Origin: Vicugna vicugna
Taxonomy: Eukaryota
Assembly: GCA_013265495.1 (NCBI GenBank)
Contig: MU062470.1
Span: 1,789,652 to 1,853,651 of the forward strand
Length of the DNA stretch: 64,000 nt
Direction of reading: 5' to 3'
Of this stretch, positions 11,071 to 23,890 are shown one piece after another. Position numbers and translations under genes: made by a program. Numbering within the stretch: position 1 is the first letter of the stretch; every line of letters begins with the position of its first letter. The notes under the pieces are model-generated. The model was given only the letters and a program-made list of their open reading frames with translations, did not search any database and was not told the origin of the DNA.

Positions 11071-14000
11071 GTGATGACAGGGTCAGTGACGTTTGCGGAG
11101 GCCCTGGGCCCAGGATGGCAGCTTGGGCTTCGCTGGGAGCTCGTTTGAAATGCACCACCTGCAGGATTGGACTATGCATTTTATCATGCCCCCCAGGGGA
11201 TTCACTTGTGCAGTAAAGGCAGAGAAGTCCTGGCTTGCTCCCTGATACCTTGGCCTCAGTCTTGATGGATCAAATTACAGCTGTTCTAAAATACACTTTC
11301 ATTTTTAAATTTTTAACATTTTAGTTTTATTGGCAGCATTTTTCTTCCAAAATGGAACAATAAATACGAATTTAGCTTCCAGTTGATGGAGTCTTAACTT
11401 CGGTGAGATAGTGTATTCTACCATCTTTTTTATTTGTCTTTTCTCCTCTGTTTTTCTGTGTCTGTTTCTGACCCTCTTTATCTCTGACAAAGGCTCGTAA
11501 CAGATAAATGTGCAGCTCCAACCAGCTCTGCTTAGTGGAAAGACTCGTACGTCGTCCCTTGGTAGACATGACTTCTAGTCCTAGCTTTATGACACTGAAT
11601 ATCTCTGGTTATCCCAAAAAAGATGTGAAGGTTAATTTTTAAAAAAGATTTCATTCACTTTTAATTAAAACAGGAACATATCAGAATGAACAAATGCTAG
11701 GTTTTCACTGCTTCTGCAGAGCGAAGCTGGCCTCCCTGGGCCCGGCCGGCAGCTTCCTCGTCGTGCTGCCACACGCGGCATCAGGCCTCCGCATCTACCC
11801 TTTGATTTCTGGAGCAGGGATGCAAACTGTAGTCTGGTTCTGCTCGTCTTGGTCGTGGGCCTGTGTGAACACAGGGTCCCTCCCAGAGAACAGCCAGATC
11901 AAGCAGGTGGCCTCCTTGTGCCTGAGGCCCCTATGGCCGCTGGGAGTCAGATGGCTCTCAGGCCGGTGCTGCTGGCAGGTGAGTGGGCCCCACGTCGACC
12001 CCAGCAGGCGACACAGGGGACCGATGAGTCCAGACAGGGTTGGGGGAGGTGACCTAATGTCGACTGGGTGCTCTGCGGACCCCTCAGGTCTCTCCCTTGG
12101 GCAGTGCACGCATGGAGGGAGGCAGTTGTTTGATTGTTTCAGAAGCGGGTGGACACGTGGGCCCTGGCCTCAGAGTCCGAGTTAGTCTTGGGACGTTTCC
12201 CTCTCACACACGCAGGTTCTGGGGAGGAAGCTGGGTCAGATGGGGAGCTGCCTCCATGGCCATCCTCTCCCAGGTCTGGGGGGGCTTTTCCAGGAGTGTC
12301 GCCCTGACTGGGACCCTGCGACTGAGTGCCTGCCGGGTGCTCTCCAGAAGGCAGACTGTGCAGATGGGCAGTGAAGGGGGAGAAGGAGGTGGGGTCAGGC
12401 CCAGTGACGTGCTTCACAGGCTTTGGGATCAGGTGGGGTGCGGAGCCTGGTGCTTGAGGCCCCGACAAGAGAAAGCTTGTTCAAAGTGGTGCTTCCAGGT
12501 GGGGAAGGTGGGGCTGTTTCAGAAGTCTGTCTTCAGAGGGAAGATGCTGAAAACAGCAGGGCCGCCTCAGGCTGTGGCTCACCTGGAGGGTGGCCAGTAG
12601 GAGAAGCTGAGGCTCAAGCAAAAGTTCCAGAACATCTGCTCCCCGGTGGCTCTCGTGGTCTGATCCTGTGGGCCATCTGTCGGAGGAGCAGCAGGAGGCT
12701 GGCTGCCGTCCCAGGACTCGGCCACGTCCCCTGCCCTGGCTGGTGCTGGGCTTGCCTCCCAGCAGCCTGGCCGGGACCCGCCACCTCGAGCCTCAGCTCC
12801 TCCCCTGGCGTCCGCTCCGAAGCTCTGGACTGTGCGTGAGGTGTGATTCAGCCTCTGGTTGCATCAGCTCGGCGTGTGCAGTCAGCTCTTCCCGAGCGTG
12901 CACGTCTGCCCGGGTCATTCTGCAGGAATGTTGGTGCCCCACTTCCAAGAAAACACGTGGTGCCTGGCAGCTCACAGACCTGGCACGGCCTCTGAGTGAC
13001 AGTGGGCAGCACCTGGCCGACTTGTCTTTTTCACCTGTTACAATGCTGTGTCTGCCTCACCTTTTTCCCGGAAGGAGGTGTGCATGTGGATGGGCACATC
13101 GGGTCTTTTTCACTCTTGCTCGGGAACTGGTTTCCTGTTGTGTGTGGGAGACGCAGTTGTTTGATCGTTTCTTTCAGAAGTGAGGAGCGTAGAAAACTAG
13201 GTCATGTCAGTGTGTGAGGGACCGACTCCTGCTTTAGTTACTTTCTCGTGAAAGACGGTGACTCATCATGGTGGTTCTTAGCTTCAGCTTCACCACCAGT
13301 CACTACGTTGCTCTCTGTACCATTTGTTCGTAAGGGCTGCAGGGGTGGACCTTCTAAGGGAGGGTCCGGTACCCTCACCCATGCTTGACTGACTCCTGCC
13401 CTGGGGTGGTCCTCATCTGGCTCCCCGCTGAATGTCTCTGGGGATCAGGGTTCCAGCCCGTTCCCACCTCCCACTAAGGAGACTGAGGCGGCCTTTCTGT
13501 AGCCCCTTCTCCTGGCCTCTGACAGGGTGATGCTGAACCAGTGCGGCTTCCTCCCCGCCCTTGGATGTTGCATTTCATCTCCTGACATGTAACCAAGCAG
13601 AACCTTTTCTGGCTCCTGTTTCTCAATTAAGGCAATGGATTGAAGCCTCGACAGCTCCTGTTGTGGGGAACTTGTGTGTACCCTTGCAGATTCCTGGGGG
13701 CAGGTCGGTCTGTGTTCCTGGTGGTGCTGGTGCTGGCTGAAGAAAAGAAGTGTTTGCACAGGAAAAACTTGACAACTCAGGACTAGGTGTGGTGAAAAGC
13801 GAGCAAAACAGAACAGAAGATTAAAAGTTGGGAATCAGTTTAAAAAATTAGCCAAGGAAGTTGGCATGAAGAACGTGAGAAAGGCAGATGAACTGAGGGC
13901 GTGCAAACCCGTGCACTGAATAAAGAGCTTCCATGTGAGGCTGGGATGATGAAAAGGAAAAATATTTCTGTGTAGCTGATAATCAGTAGAGGAAATAGTC

Positions 14001-17000
14001 ACAGGTTTCATTCAGCAGATTTTGCCTTCCTGAACTGTGTGAGACCCCCGCCCCTGCCCCTTCCTCCCACGTCCCCCAAGAGGGCCAGGCCAAGCACCAC
14101 GGTTGTTACTTTGGATGTGTCTCCCCCTCCTGTCCCCACCCACAAAGTGCCAGACCCTCGACGCCAAGCTTTGAACTCCAGTGCTGTCCCCTGTACAGAT
14201 CGGCTGAGTGCCCGTCGCTTAGTCAAACAGGCTGCTGTCACTACTGTTTCTGAGAAGGTATTTTATAGATGTGGTAGTGTCTACTGTCACTTGACTTTAA
14301 GTAAAGGAGATTATTCTCAGTAATCTGGGTGAACTTCAGTCAGTTGAACAGCCTTAAGAGCAGAAGTGAGGTTTCCACCAGCAGCTCCTGCCCCAGATTT
14401 CAGGTTCCCGCTGCCCACAGTTGTACAAGCCGAGTCCTTGACGGAAATCTCGCTGCACGTATGTGACTGACTGGTTCTGTCTCCCTGGCGGGGGCCCTGA
14501 CACATAGCGTGTCAGCTCTGCACCTTGCTCGTGGGGCAGCCTGAGCAGGCCGGGTGTGGGGTGTGTGTCCAGGCCTTGAGTGTGTGTTGCTAACAGAAGT
14601 GGAAGCAGGAAGGTGTTGAGTTAAGGGGGCTCCTTTCCACTCTGGCTGGGCGCTCCTCGCCCAGTTTCTGACTAGCGCTGATCACAGTGTTCGTTGCTCT
14701 GGGACTTGGGAAACTTTTAACCACCTGGGGCTTTTCCTTGTATGTGTGGCTTGAGAATTTTACCATGAAAGGGAGGAAGTACCGATGGCCATTCTGACAT
14801 GTTAACCGGACCACAGACACAGCAGTGAGGTGGGGCCTCAGCCCTCAGACTGCTGTATGGCGTCCTGTCTCTGAGAGGTGTCACCAGATTTGTTCAGCTC
14901 CGACTCTTGGCCCTTGGTGCCGCTGCGGTGATTTATTCGGTTACTGGTAATCCTCACACGGAGGCCACAGGTGCCACCAGGCTTTTGGAGTGGAGCTCAC
15001 CGCACAGCCAGGCAGCTGGAACGTCAGAATACCCTGAACGTGAAGCTTCAGTTCAGTGCTGAGCGCCGCGGGGTGAACCGGCTGTTTGCCCCAGGGGTGC
15101 GGGGTCCTGTTCAGTGAGCATCTGGGCTGAATTATGACCATTTCTCTTCCCTGGATTTAGCTTCTGGGTTAGAAGCCCAAGCTTAGAGAAGCCTGCCTCA
15201 TAAAGTCCAGAGCGGGGGGAGCAGTGAGGAAGAGAAGATCTGAAAACTTTCCCCTTTTCTAACTTGTCGATGGCTGAATAGCACCTGATGACAGCTGGCG
15301 GCCGTCATAGGTGAAGCCAGGACACCTGGGACGCCTGGGGCCCGACGAAGTGCGGCTCCGCCCGCCTGGGGCCACGTCGGGTGCTGAGGCCCCTCTGAGG
15401 CTTTGTCTCATCAGGTCACCGTTAGCTCATGTGGTGCTTACAGATCAAAAATTAACTACTCGTGGGTGGCTCCCTCTTTGGTATTTTGAAGTCCTTTTGA
15501 AGCCAGCTCTGAAAGTACTGAACTCAACTGTGGAAGGAAAGAGCCAAGACAAACAGCACTGCGGGCGGAAGGTGGCCTCCAGGCCTGCGCCCTTCTCAGC
15601 TGGAGCAAGAACTTCAGGCCCTGGAATGTTGACCCGGCACTGGGCTGAGGGAGGGTCTGCAGGCCCCCGCGGGGCTGCCCTTCCCCACATTCCCAGCCTC
15701 AGGGAGTGGGGACGCCGCGGCAGGGGCCGAGACCAGAAGCCACGTTTCCTGCTGCGTTTCGTGGTGGTTCTGGGCAGCACGCGGCCCTTCTGTGCGCGAT
15801 TCCCCAGTCCCCCACCGCAGCTCCCACGCTTAGCCCCTCGGGACCTGGGACCAGCCCTCCCGTCGCCCCGGTGAGGCTCCTGGCGGTCGTGGACAGTAGG
15901 CTGGATGCGTGAACTGAGTTTTACACACCAACCAGGAGGGGCCCTGCAGCAGCCCAGGTTGCGGGGGATCTGAAAAGCACAGAAGCCTTGAGTCCATTTC
16001 CGGGAAGATGAAAACAGGCCAAATGCAAACTCTGTTACTCAGGAATGTGGAGAAATGGTTGTTACAAAAGCCAGGTTGTTAGCCTCCCCGGGGGAGGGAG
16101 ACCGATGAGTCAGGAAGCCGGGCTCAGGTGTGGCTGCAGGCTGCCCGGTGAGTCCTCCAGCCTCCATGGCTGTGTGCACCCGAACGTCACGCACACACAC
16201 GCGCACACAGCCACACGGGAGGGGCCTCTCATCCCACGTTTCTGAGTCGCACCTGAGTTGCCCTGCCCTATGTGGTGGCGCCGACCCCCCCATCTCCCTC
16301 CCCCCGTCATGTCTGTGGCCCAGACACCCATGGAGACCTGAGGGCACATCTTCTCCCTTGGCAGCTGGGTGACAGGTGGCATGGGATGCGCAGACCTCAA
16401 GGGTGACCCGGAGTCTGGAGGGGGTCCCTGTGGCCCCGGGGGAGGGAGATGTCCTCCAACTCTGGAGCGGGAGGGCCTGGCCCAGACCCCAGATCAGGGG
16501 CTCCTCCCTGTGGCCCGCGGGGCAGCCCTCGGAGGACAGCCCCCTCGGCATGGACCCTCAAGTGAGATGAGCGGCAACCTTTCTGAGAAGAGGCGATGGC
16601 TTTGCCCCGTCACCCGGAGAGGAGAGGCTGTGGCTGGTGGGCCACGAATCCAGCCTATTTGGGCCTGGTGGTGCCTGTGTGCTGGGGCCCTGGGGCTACG
16701 GGTAGGCTGGGTCCAGGTGGACCCCTTCACACACTGCCCAGACTCCCGAGACGGGGCACCTGGGGAGGCAGCGGGGCCATGGCAGCCACACTGAGTGGCC
16801 TCTTGCGGGAGGTGGACTGGGCCCGGCTTTGGGGCAGTGCTGTCTGTGGGAGGGACCACAAAGAGACTCACGGCCATTCTGCTGTCTGGCCGGTGCAGAC
16901 TTTGGGGAAACATGAGCCCCCCCAGCCCCCGTCTGCCTCACCGGCAGAGGTGCCCTAGGCAGAACGTCCTGACTGAGAAGCACCATCGTGCAGATGTGGA

Positions 17001-17574
17001 CTCCACATCCCTGCTCCTTCCAGGCCCTGTGAGGTGGAGGCTCTGTGAGCAGCAGGCCTTTTGTGGAAGATTCTAGGACCTACCTCGGCAAACACACACA
17101 CAATTCTAAGCCGCATCTCATCAAAGACTATTTTTTTTACAAACTCACTAAAAGCTGAGCAGGGCTGGGTTGCAGGCGGGCCCGGCCTGGAGAAAGACTT
17201 TCTGGTTCTGACGGCCCCAGACCTCAGGCAAACGTGTGGAGAACCTTCTCGTCTTCGTCCTCGTCCTCGTCCTCTGAGGCCCCCACAGCCGTGAGGACAC
17301 GAGGGCCGTAGGTCAGAGGAGGGGGCACAGTGGGGGGCAGGCGGGGGCAGCCGCCGCCGGGGAAAGGTGAACTGGTGCGTGGCCATGTCACAAGATACCT
17401 TCTTTTCAGGGTCCGTTTCTGTGTGACAGTTTTTGTCGTGCAAACTTTGATGACTGTCCGTTACGGCGCTTTGGAGGGTGTTTGGGGATCCCGCCCTAGA
17501 GAAGTGAGGGTGAAAGGGTGGTAAAGCAGTGGTCTTCCCAGCGAACTCACCCGCGCTGCCCTGTCTTCGCCTAG

Positions 17575-17680
17575 GAGGGCGTCGTGTCGCCGGGTGACCT
17601 CGACCTCGTCATGTCAGAGGGCCTGGGCATGCGGTACGCCTTCATCGGGCCCCTGGAGACCATGCACCTCAACGCGGAAG
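17575..17680 (+). CDS. CRYL1: CRYL1 exon 6 (aa 212-247)
   Basis: Acceptor tcttcgcctAG|GAG and donor AAG|GTACGC at 17681. The 106 nt encode [35 protein letters not shown](G) and end in phase 1; R231 is retained. Confidence 0.98.
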
Positions 17681-19794
17681 GTACGCTGGGGTTCCCTCGG
17701 GCTGCGGCGGGAGTTCCGTGCTGGTTAGTGTTTTCGTGGGTTTTGCCAACATCAATCTGGGTCTTTTCTTACAACGGAATAGAAACAGTATCGTGCAGGA
17801 GACAGGCCAGCCTGGTAATTCACAGGGAGGGGCTGGGACGGCCGGCTGAGATGCCGGGCCACTAGGCCACGTGCCTCCGGGCGGCGGAGAGCACCCCCGT
17901 GAGAGTGGAGCGGGTGACGCGGAGACGTGGCCGCGGAGCCCCAGCCTCGGGGAGACAGCTGCGTGTCCTGAGGAAGCTGGTGAGATTGTGCAGAGGCAGG
18001 AGAAGCAGACAGGGCTGGAGGAGGGACCGCCTGCACCTCTGCTGGAGCATCTGCCGAGCAGGAGCGGCTCCTGGGTGTGTCGCGGGGCTCCTTCCGTGGG
18101 AGGGGGGGCTGGGGCGGGGCTTCTGCGGGGGCGCAAGGCGGCCCGGCCTCCAGCGCCCGGGAAAGAGGTTAGCCTGAGACTCTTAAGAGAAAGAGAACTC
18201 GAGAAGGGCTAGCATCTCCCAGGAATGAAGCCTTCAGCCAGACTTCACTCGATTCAAAAAGGAGACATCATTTGAAAAACAAGCAGTAAAACCTACAACA
18301 AATTAAAACAAAATAATTCAAAAAAGCTATGCATAAAGCTCTGGGACAATGTCACAAGATGTTATTGCTGTTGCTGTCTCTTGGTGTTGAAATTATAAGT
18401 AACATCCTTTTGCTCTTGTGTTGTCATAAATTTCTACAATTATTGTGTATTGTTTTAACTATTACATTATTAAGTGTAAAACATGCAGAAAGAGAATAAA
18501 TCTTATATTCAGCTCGATGGCCTACATTTGACAAAAACGTTAAGAAACTGGAACTTCTCCCGAAGGTGACCAAAGTAGTATATGTCTGTCTGTCCCTGTC
18601 CCTTGTGGGGCAGAACCAGGCTGGAAGACTGGATCCCGCAGGGGAAACTTTCTAGAGCCTGGCGCTGCTGTGCAGGGGGCCCTGCTGCACGGGGTGAGCA
18701 GGGTGCTCAGGTCCGGGAGGCTCCTGCAGCGAGGCTGGGGTCGGAGTGGGGGACCCCGGGAGCCACTGGGCTTACTTGGTGTGGTTCCACAGTTCAGTCA
18801 GTTTTCACCACAGTCATTAATGAGGTAATTTCAGTGAGTAAGTCAAGCAGTGCTATTAGACACACTCTCGCCCCGGGGGCACTCGTGTGGTTCCGAGTGG
18901 GCTGCAGTGTGTCTGCAGAAGCGGCCCCGTCGCTGCTGGTTCTCCCTCCAGGACGCGGCTCTCCCCGTGGGCGCCAGGCTTTTGTGGTGGGGCAGCCCTG
19001 AGCAGGGGGCATGCAAGGAACAGGCCTCATAGGAGTGAAGCGGAAGTTCCCAAGTCCGTGAAAACGAGCCCCTGGGTAATTTCAAATGTCTTTTCAACCA
19101 GCGTCTTAAAAGTGATGAACATATTTAAGCATTTGAAATGTATGTAGACACTGCCTGGTAACCACCATGTTTCTCTGTTCCTTTTTTTTTTCCTTGAGAA
19201 AAATAAGATAATTCAGGTATCGAGAAACTGATGGGGAGAGGCTGAGAACAGCTCTAACTCCCAAACAAATAGAAACAGAAGCCAAGGAAACCAGAAACTC
19301 AGGAATCAAATAGTGTGCAGACAGGAAGGAGGCCCACAACAATTTTTTAAGCAAAGCAGATGTGATAAGGAAACCTAATTGGCTTCATGTGATACTGGAG
19401 GACGGATGTAGATTTTGACTTCAGAGCATTCCAGAGCCCAGAGGTGGACAGTTAGGAGGTCTGGCTCGGGGCCAGCGGGGATGTGGGCGTCCCTGACGCT
19501 GTCACCCCGAATAGCTCAGGACTGCAGTACGGAATTCTTCTTTTCTTCCTGGTACAGTTTTCATAAAGCCAGCCTCTCAGGTTAAGGCTGGTTATCAGTC
19601 TTAAAAGCTACAGTTTATCTAGAAGTGGTAAAGATATTTTTAGGGTTTGTTTTTAGTCTAATAAAATGTCACCTGAGGAGCAGGAGGCTGGCACGCTCCC
19701 TTGGCCCTCGGCTGCTTGTCGAGGCAGCGCCGGGAGGCACCAGCCGCGGGGGCCCTGCTGACTCGCCAGCTGGTGGTCTGGTGCCATCTGTTTA

Positions 19795-19915
19795 CTGCGC
19801 CTCGGTTTCCCTGCCTGTAAAGTGGGTGTAGCAGCAGTGACCCCACTCCAGGGCGGTGTGAGAGCAAACCAGGTGGAGACGCTGGCTGGGTGGCCACACG
19901 TGTAAGCCCGTAGCT
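19795..19915 (+). mobile_element. MIR SINE
   Basis: gcctcggtttccctgcctgtaaagtggg core. Confidence 0.65.
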
Positions 19916-21759
19916 CACGTCACAGTAATACAGAGTTTGTCTCTTTTGTGAGTTCACTACTCTTTTTATTCTCCCAAAAGGATTCACAAGTGCTTGAGAG
20001 AGAATAAATGACAGATGAGGACATGTTTTTCTGTGGAATCGTGAAGTTCTCAGAGTCCCACCGTCTGGTTGTTCTCTTCACTAAGCTTTTAGACTGTAGG
20101 TCGCAGAGGGCTGCCCAGTGCTCCGAGTCTGGCTCCACCGGGGAGGTGACTGGGTCTCAGGACCTGACAGTCCCTGGAAGTCACCCCCGGATGAAGTGAA
20201 TGTTTACCACCCACCTCGCTAAGCTCCCTCCTGTGTGGATTCTGCTTGGTTTTTTTTTCTTTCCTGAATCGAGACACCTACCTGGGTTTTGTTCACATGT
20301 GTGGAGCTTGCATTTGTGGTGGAGCCTGTGAACTGATGGGGCTGGGATTTGAGGGGCCCCGGTGGTTTCTGTCTCCACTTGCTGCCCTGACCTCAGGTGC
20401 GGCCTGCCTCAGGTGGGAGTGGATAGGGTTGCTCTGTGCTATGGGGTCTTTTTGACCTTCCTTGGTAAGTTGTATGAACTCCTGTCTCTTAGAAGCGGGC
20501 GAGTTCATGTAGATGGGATCCTGTGCTGTGTGAGAACCAGGCCCCTCCGGGTAAGCAACAGTGAGGGCTCCCCAAGAAGCTGAGCGCTGGAGAGCCCCAG
20601 CCGCTGCACGTGCACAGACCGGGAGGCCCCACGCATGCACCTGCCCTGGCTGTGCTGCGGGTCCGGAAGGCCTCCCCCAACCCCGGGGCTCCCCCTCCCC
20701 CTCCCCCTCCCACTGGGCTCAGGATAAGGAACCAAGGTAGCAGCCAGTGAGGGGAGAGAAATCTAAACTCATGGGAATCTGGTTTTTACCGCCGTCTTTT
20801 CTTATTCCATATAAGCATCTCTTAAGTTAGTTCAGTCTTCTAAAAAGCTTAGCTCTACAAGTTTTCGGAGTGGATATTAAGAACAGAGGGCGTGGACATG
20901 TAGAAGACATGGGGGAGGACAGACCAGTGGGATAAAAGGTAAAGTGATTTTTTTCTTTCTGTTTCCAAAGAAATTGTTATTCCAGAATAATTCCCACTCA
21001 TTTCTCCTTTCATGGTGTAGAGAAGCCAAAATTATTGTTGAAAGTAAATTGAAACCCTCCTTTTTCACTCTTGAATGGAAGGGGAGAGGTCGCTGACAAC
21101 AGTGACAGCGATACGTTCCCTGGAAAGTTGTAAATAATGAGCACCAGGCGGATCCTGACTGTAAGTCACCGACTCCTGTGTCTGGCAGGGAGGCTCCCAG
21201 CCCCTCCAGGAACTGCATTTCTCCCGAGAGCTGAGTGCGTGTTATAAAAAGTGTTTTTATGTTAGTAAGACTGAAATTGTAATTAGTTTTCTGAACAAGT
21301 TGGGGGGAAATTATGAATTACATTGTAAAGCTTCACCATATTTTATTCTGCTTTGAAGAAATAAATGCCCTTTTAAAACTACAAATTCTTTAAAAGGCAG
21401 TGAGGATAAAAGGTTCTAGAAAGCCCCTGGGAGCCTCAAATGACTTCGCTGGGACAGTGAAAGAGGAACACTCGTTCACAAAGCGTGAAGTAACCCCGAG
21501 GTGAAATACGATACCTGAGTGGCGCCTGGGGCTCACGGGAGGGGGAGCAGCGCAGCCTGTTTCCCCCAAAAGGGGGTGAGTTCACGGCTGCAGGGGACCC
21601 TCCCCTTCTCTTCTCATTTAAGAAATTTCCAACACGTTCCATCCTGCATCTCTGCTCCTTAAAAAAGAATGAAGTGTATTTGTGCCTAGATTTTATCACC
21701 TTTAGTTTGAAGAAATAAAGAAATAGGCAAAGTGAAGAAAATAGTTAATTTCCAGGAGT

Positions 21760-22500
21760 AGGTGAGCCCCGGGTGTTTTCTGTGGCCCAGCGGCGCCGAG
21801 CCCTGTGAGAGCCCCGGGCCCGAGCTCGCGCCCGTCCCCGTGTCACTCCAGAACCGACGTGGAAGCCCCGGCTGCCGCTCGGCGGCAGCGGTGATGTCAG
21901 ACGAGCTGTATTTGAATGCTTCTCCCTCCGAGCGGCCTCTCTCCCCGGACGCAGCGGGCGTCGCCTCGCCGCGCTGAGAGCAGGGGAGCGGCCGGGGCGG
22001 CGCCGCGGGGCGCGGACGCCGGGACCGCGCCGGGCTCGGCGGGGCCGGCGCGGGTCAGCTTCGCCGTGACTGGGCGCAGTCCGCCGTGCGCGGCGCGGTG
22101 GGGCCTGCCCGGTTCCTTGTGCCCTTTCCAGCCTGACTGGCCGGCTGCTGAGTCCCCCCGCGCTGAAAGCGGTGGGCAAAGGGCGGGCAGCCCGTCCTCG
22201 GCTCCCGAGGGACTGCCCGGAGCCCGTCCCGCCTCGGCTGCTGGCGGGCGGGGGCGGGGCGGCGGGAACGGGTGCGGGGTGCACGGGGCTGCGGCAGAGC
22301 GGTCCCCTCCGCACCCGCCTCAGCTGCACGCACCCCGCGCTCCCGCAGCCCCTTCAGCAGAGGCCGCTCCTTCGTGTGCTCCTCCCCAGAATCCCAGGGC
22401 TCCACCTTCCCCAGGCTCCCCAGGGCCCGGGGCTGCGGGCTGGCGGGGCTCAAACCCACCGGCCACTCCGGGCCTGCCTCTGGGATAAATAACCGTAGAC
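21760..22500. promoter_or_regulatory. CpG island in CRYL1 intron 6 (~400 bp upstream of exon 7)
   Basis: Densest CpG tract in the window; Sp1 boxes GGGCGG at 22181 and 22246-22259; sharp boundary with AT-rich DNA at ~21750. Confidence 0.8.
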
Positions 22501-22881
22501 ACGCAGCAAAGCAGTAACGAGGCTTCATGGATGAGAGTGAAGTGGGACTTAAGAGTGCGACACCTTTGGTTCTTAGGAAATACATTCAAGCCATGTACGG
22601 AAGTCACCTTGCAGGTGCTTTGTGGAAGAAGGCGTTTGGGTTAAAACAGGGTTCATGTGACACTCGAGTCAAAGCAGGAACACGGGCTGTGAGAGGTGGG
22701 ATGGCAGGCCCGGACGCTTTTCAGGACTTGCAGGACTGAGTTGCCCAGAGAGGCTGGAGCGGCGGCCAGGTGCACGGCCCGGGGCACCTGCTCTCGGCCC
22801 GGGGACACCCGCACACTCCCCTGGTGCTGCGCGCACAGCCTCTGTTCCCTGATGCATGGGCTTGTTCTCTTGTGCTCCCAG

Positions 22882-22988
22882 GAATGCTGAGCTACTGTGA
22901 CAGATACAGCGAAGGCATGAAACGTGTCCTGAAGACTTTTGGACCCATTCCAGAGTTTTCCGGGGCCACAGCTGAGAAAGTGCACCAG
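22882..22988 (+). CDS. CRYL1: CRYL1 exon 7 (aa 247-282)
   Basis: Acceptor ttgtgctcccAG|GA and donor CAG|GTGTGC at 22989. The 107 nt encode (G)[35 protein letters not shown]; the phase-1 start matches the end of exon 6. Confidence 0.98.
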
Positions 22989-23310
22989 GTGTGCAGACCC
23001 ACTGCCTGGGGCGGGGTGGCGGGCTGTTTTTTGTAGCCAGGATCCTCACCCCAACTTCGAGGTTCTGTGTCCCTGCCCGTCCACAGCCGTCCAGGTCGTG
23101 GGGGGCCTGCAAGCAGTGTGACCAGGAACAGTGGCTCTGGATTTGGAAGGTTTTTTAAAAAGTTAATTGAATGTTGGCCTTACTTCTTTTGTCCCTGAAA
23201 GCAGATTCTCAGTTTTCCTAAATAGGAGCAGTTACCCTCCTGCTCAGTCAGTTCCTCTTCATGCCGCTTGTTCCTTTTCTCCTCTTTTCTTTCTCTTTTC
23301 CTGTTCCCAG

Positions 23311-23424
23311 GCCATGTGTGTGAAAGTCCCAGATGACCCAGCGCACTTAGCTGCCAGGAGGGAGTGGAGGGACAGGTGCCTCATGAGACTGGCCAAGCTG
23401 AAAAGCCAGGTGCAGCCCCAGTGA
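23311..23424 (+). CDS. CRYL1: CRYL1 exon 8 coding part (aa 283-319 plus TGA stop)
   Basis: Long pyrimidine tract ending ctgttcccAG|GCC. Encodes [37 protein letters not shown], with the same C-terminus (KSQVQPQ) as human; exons 4-8 total 227 aa, giving 319 aa if exons 1-3 are human-like. Confidence 0.98.
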   Translation, partial: AMCVKVPDDPAHLAARREWRDRCLMRLAKLKSQVQPQ

Positions 23425-23890
23425 AGCCTGCCCGCCTCCCGCCGCCCCCTCGCTGGAGGCCGTTTGCTGGAATAACGAGCACTTAGTCCAACCGCTCTGA
23501 GCGCGGGGCGCAGGGTGATTGGTGGACAGAGTCCGACTTGCTCCCCACGGGTGGCGGGCACAGCGGTGGAGGGTAGGCCGTGGTCGCTTCCCAGCATGCC
23601 CTGGGCTCGGGGCCACCGCCGCACTCGGGTCTGAGGGCTTGATTCCCTGCACTCAGACAAGCCAGGGGGACAAGTGGCTGAAGGTCTGACCATTTAGTCT
23701 TAGTGTGATTACATGTGGCTACATTTTATAGCCAGTGATTATAGTTTCCAGTTACCTCAATCAAGCGACGGATCTTGGCAATCATCTCCTGAGCTCGTGC
23801 TGGTCCCTATGGCCCAGCATTTATGAGACCAGCACGTTCATTTTCTTGATGTTTATTCCAAATAAAAGGTTTTGATCCCATAGAGACACC
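23425..23890 (+). other. CRYL1: CRYL1 3' UTR (end inferred)
   Basis: Lies between the stop codon and the first canonical AATAAA; the cleavage site is inferred 15-25 nt downstream of the signal. Confidence 0.7.
23861..23866 (+). terminator. CRYL1: Polyadenylation signal of CRYL1
   Basis: AATAAA preceded by a U-rich stretch and followed at ~23891-23910 by a GU/U-rich element (tgtgtcttctgtgccttct). A second AATAAA at 24529-24534 could be a distal site. Confidence 0.75.

Noticed and set aside
21756-21761. 6-nt in-frame microexon GAGTAG (ttccAG|GAGTAG|GTGAGC)
   Set aside because: The donor is good and the frame is preserved, but the upstream sequence is purine-rich with no polypyrimidine tract; no further support.
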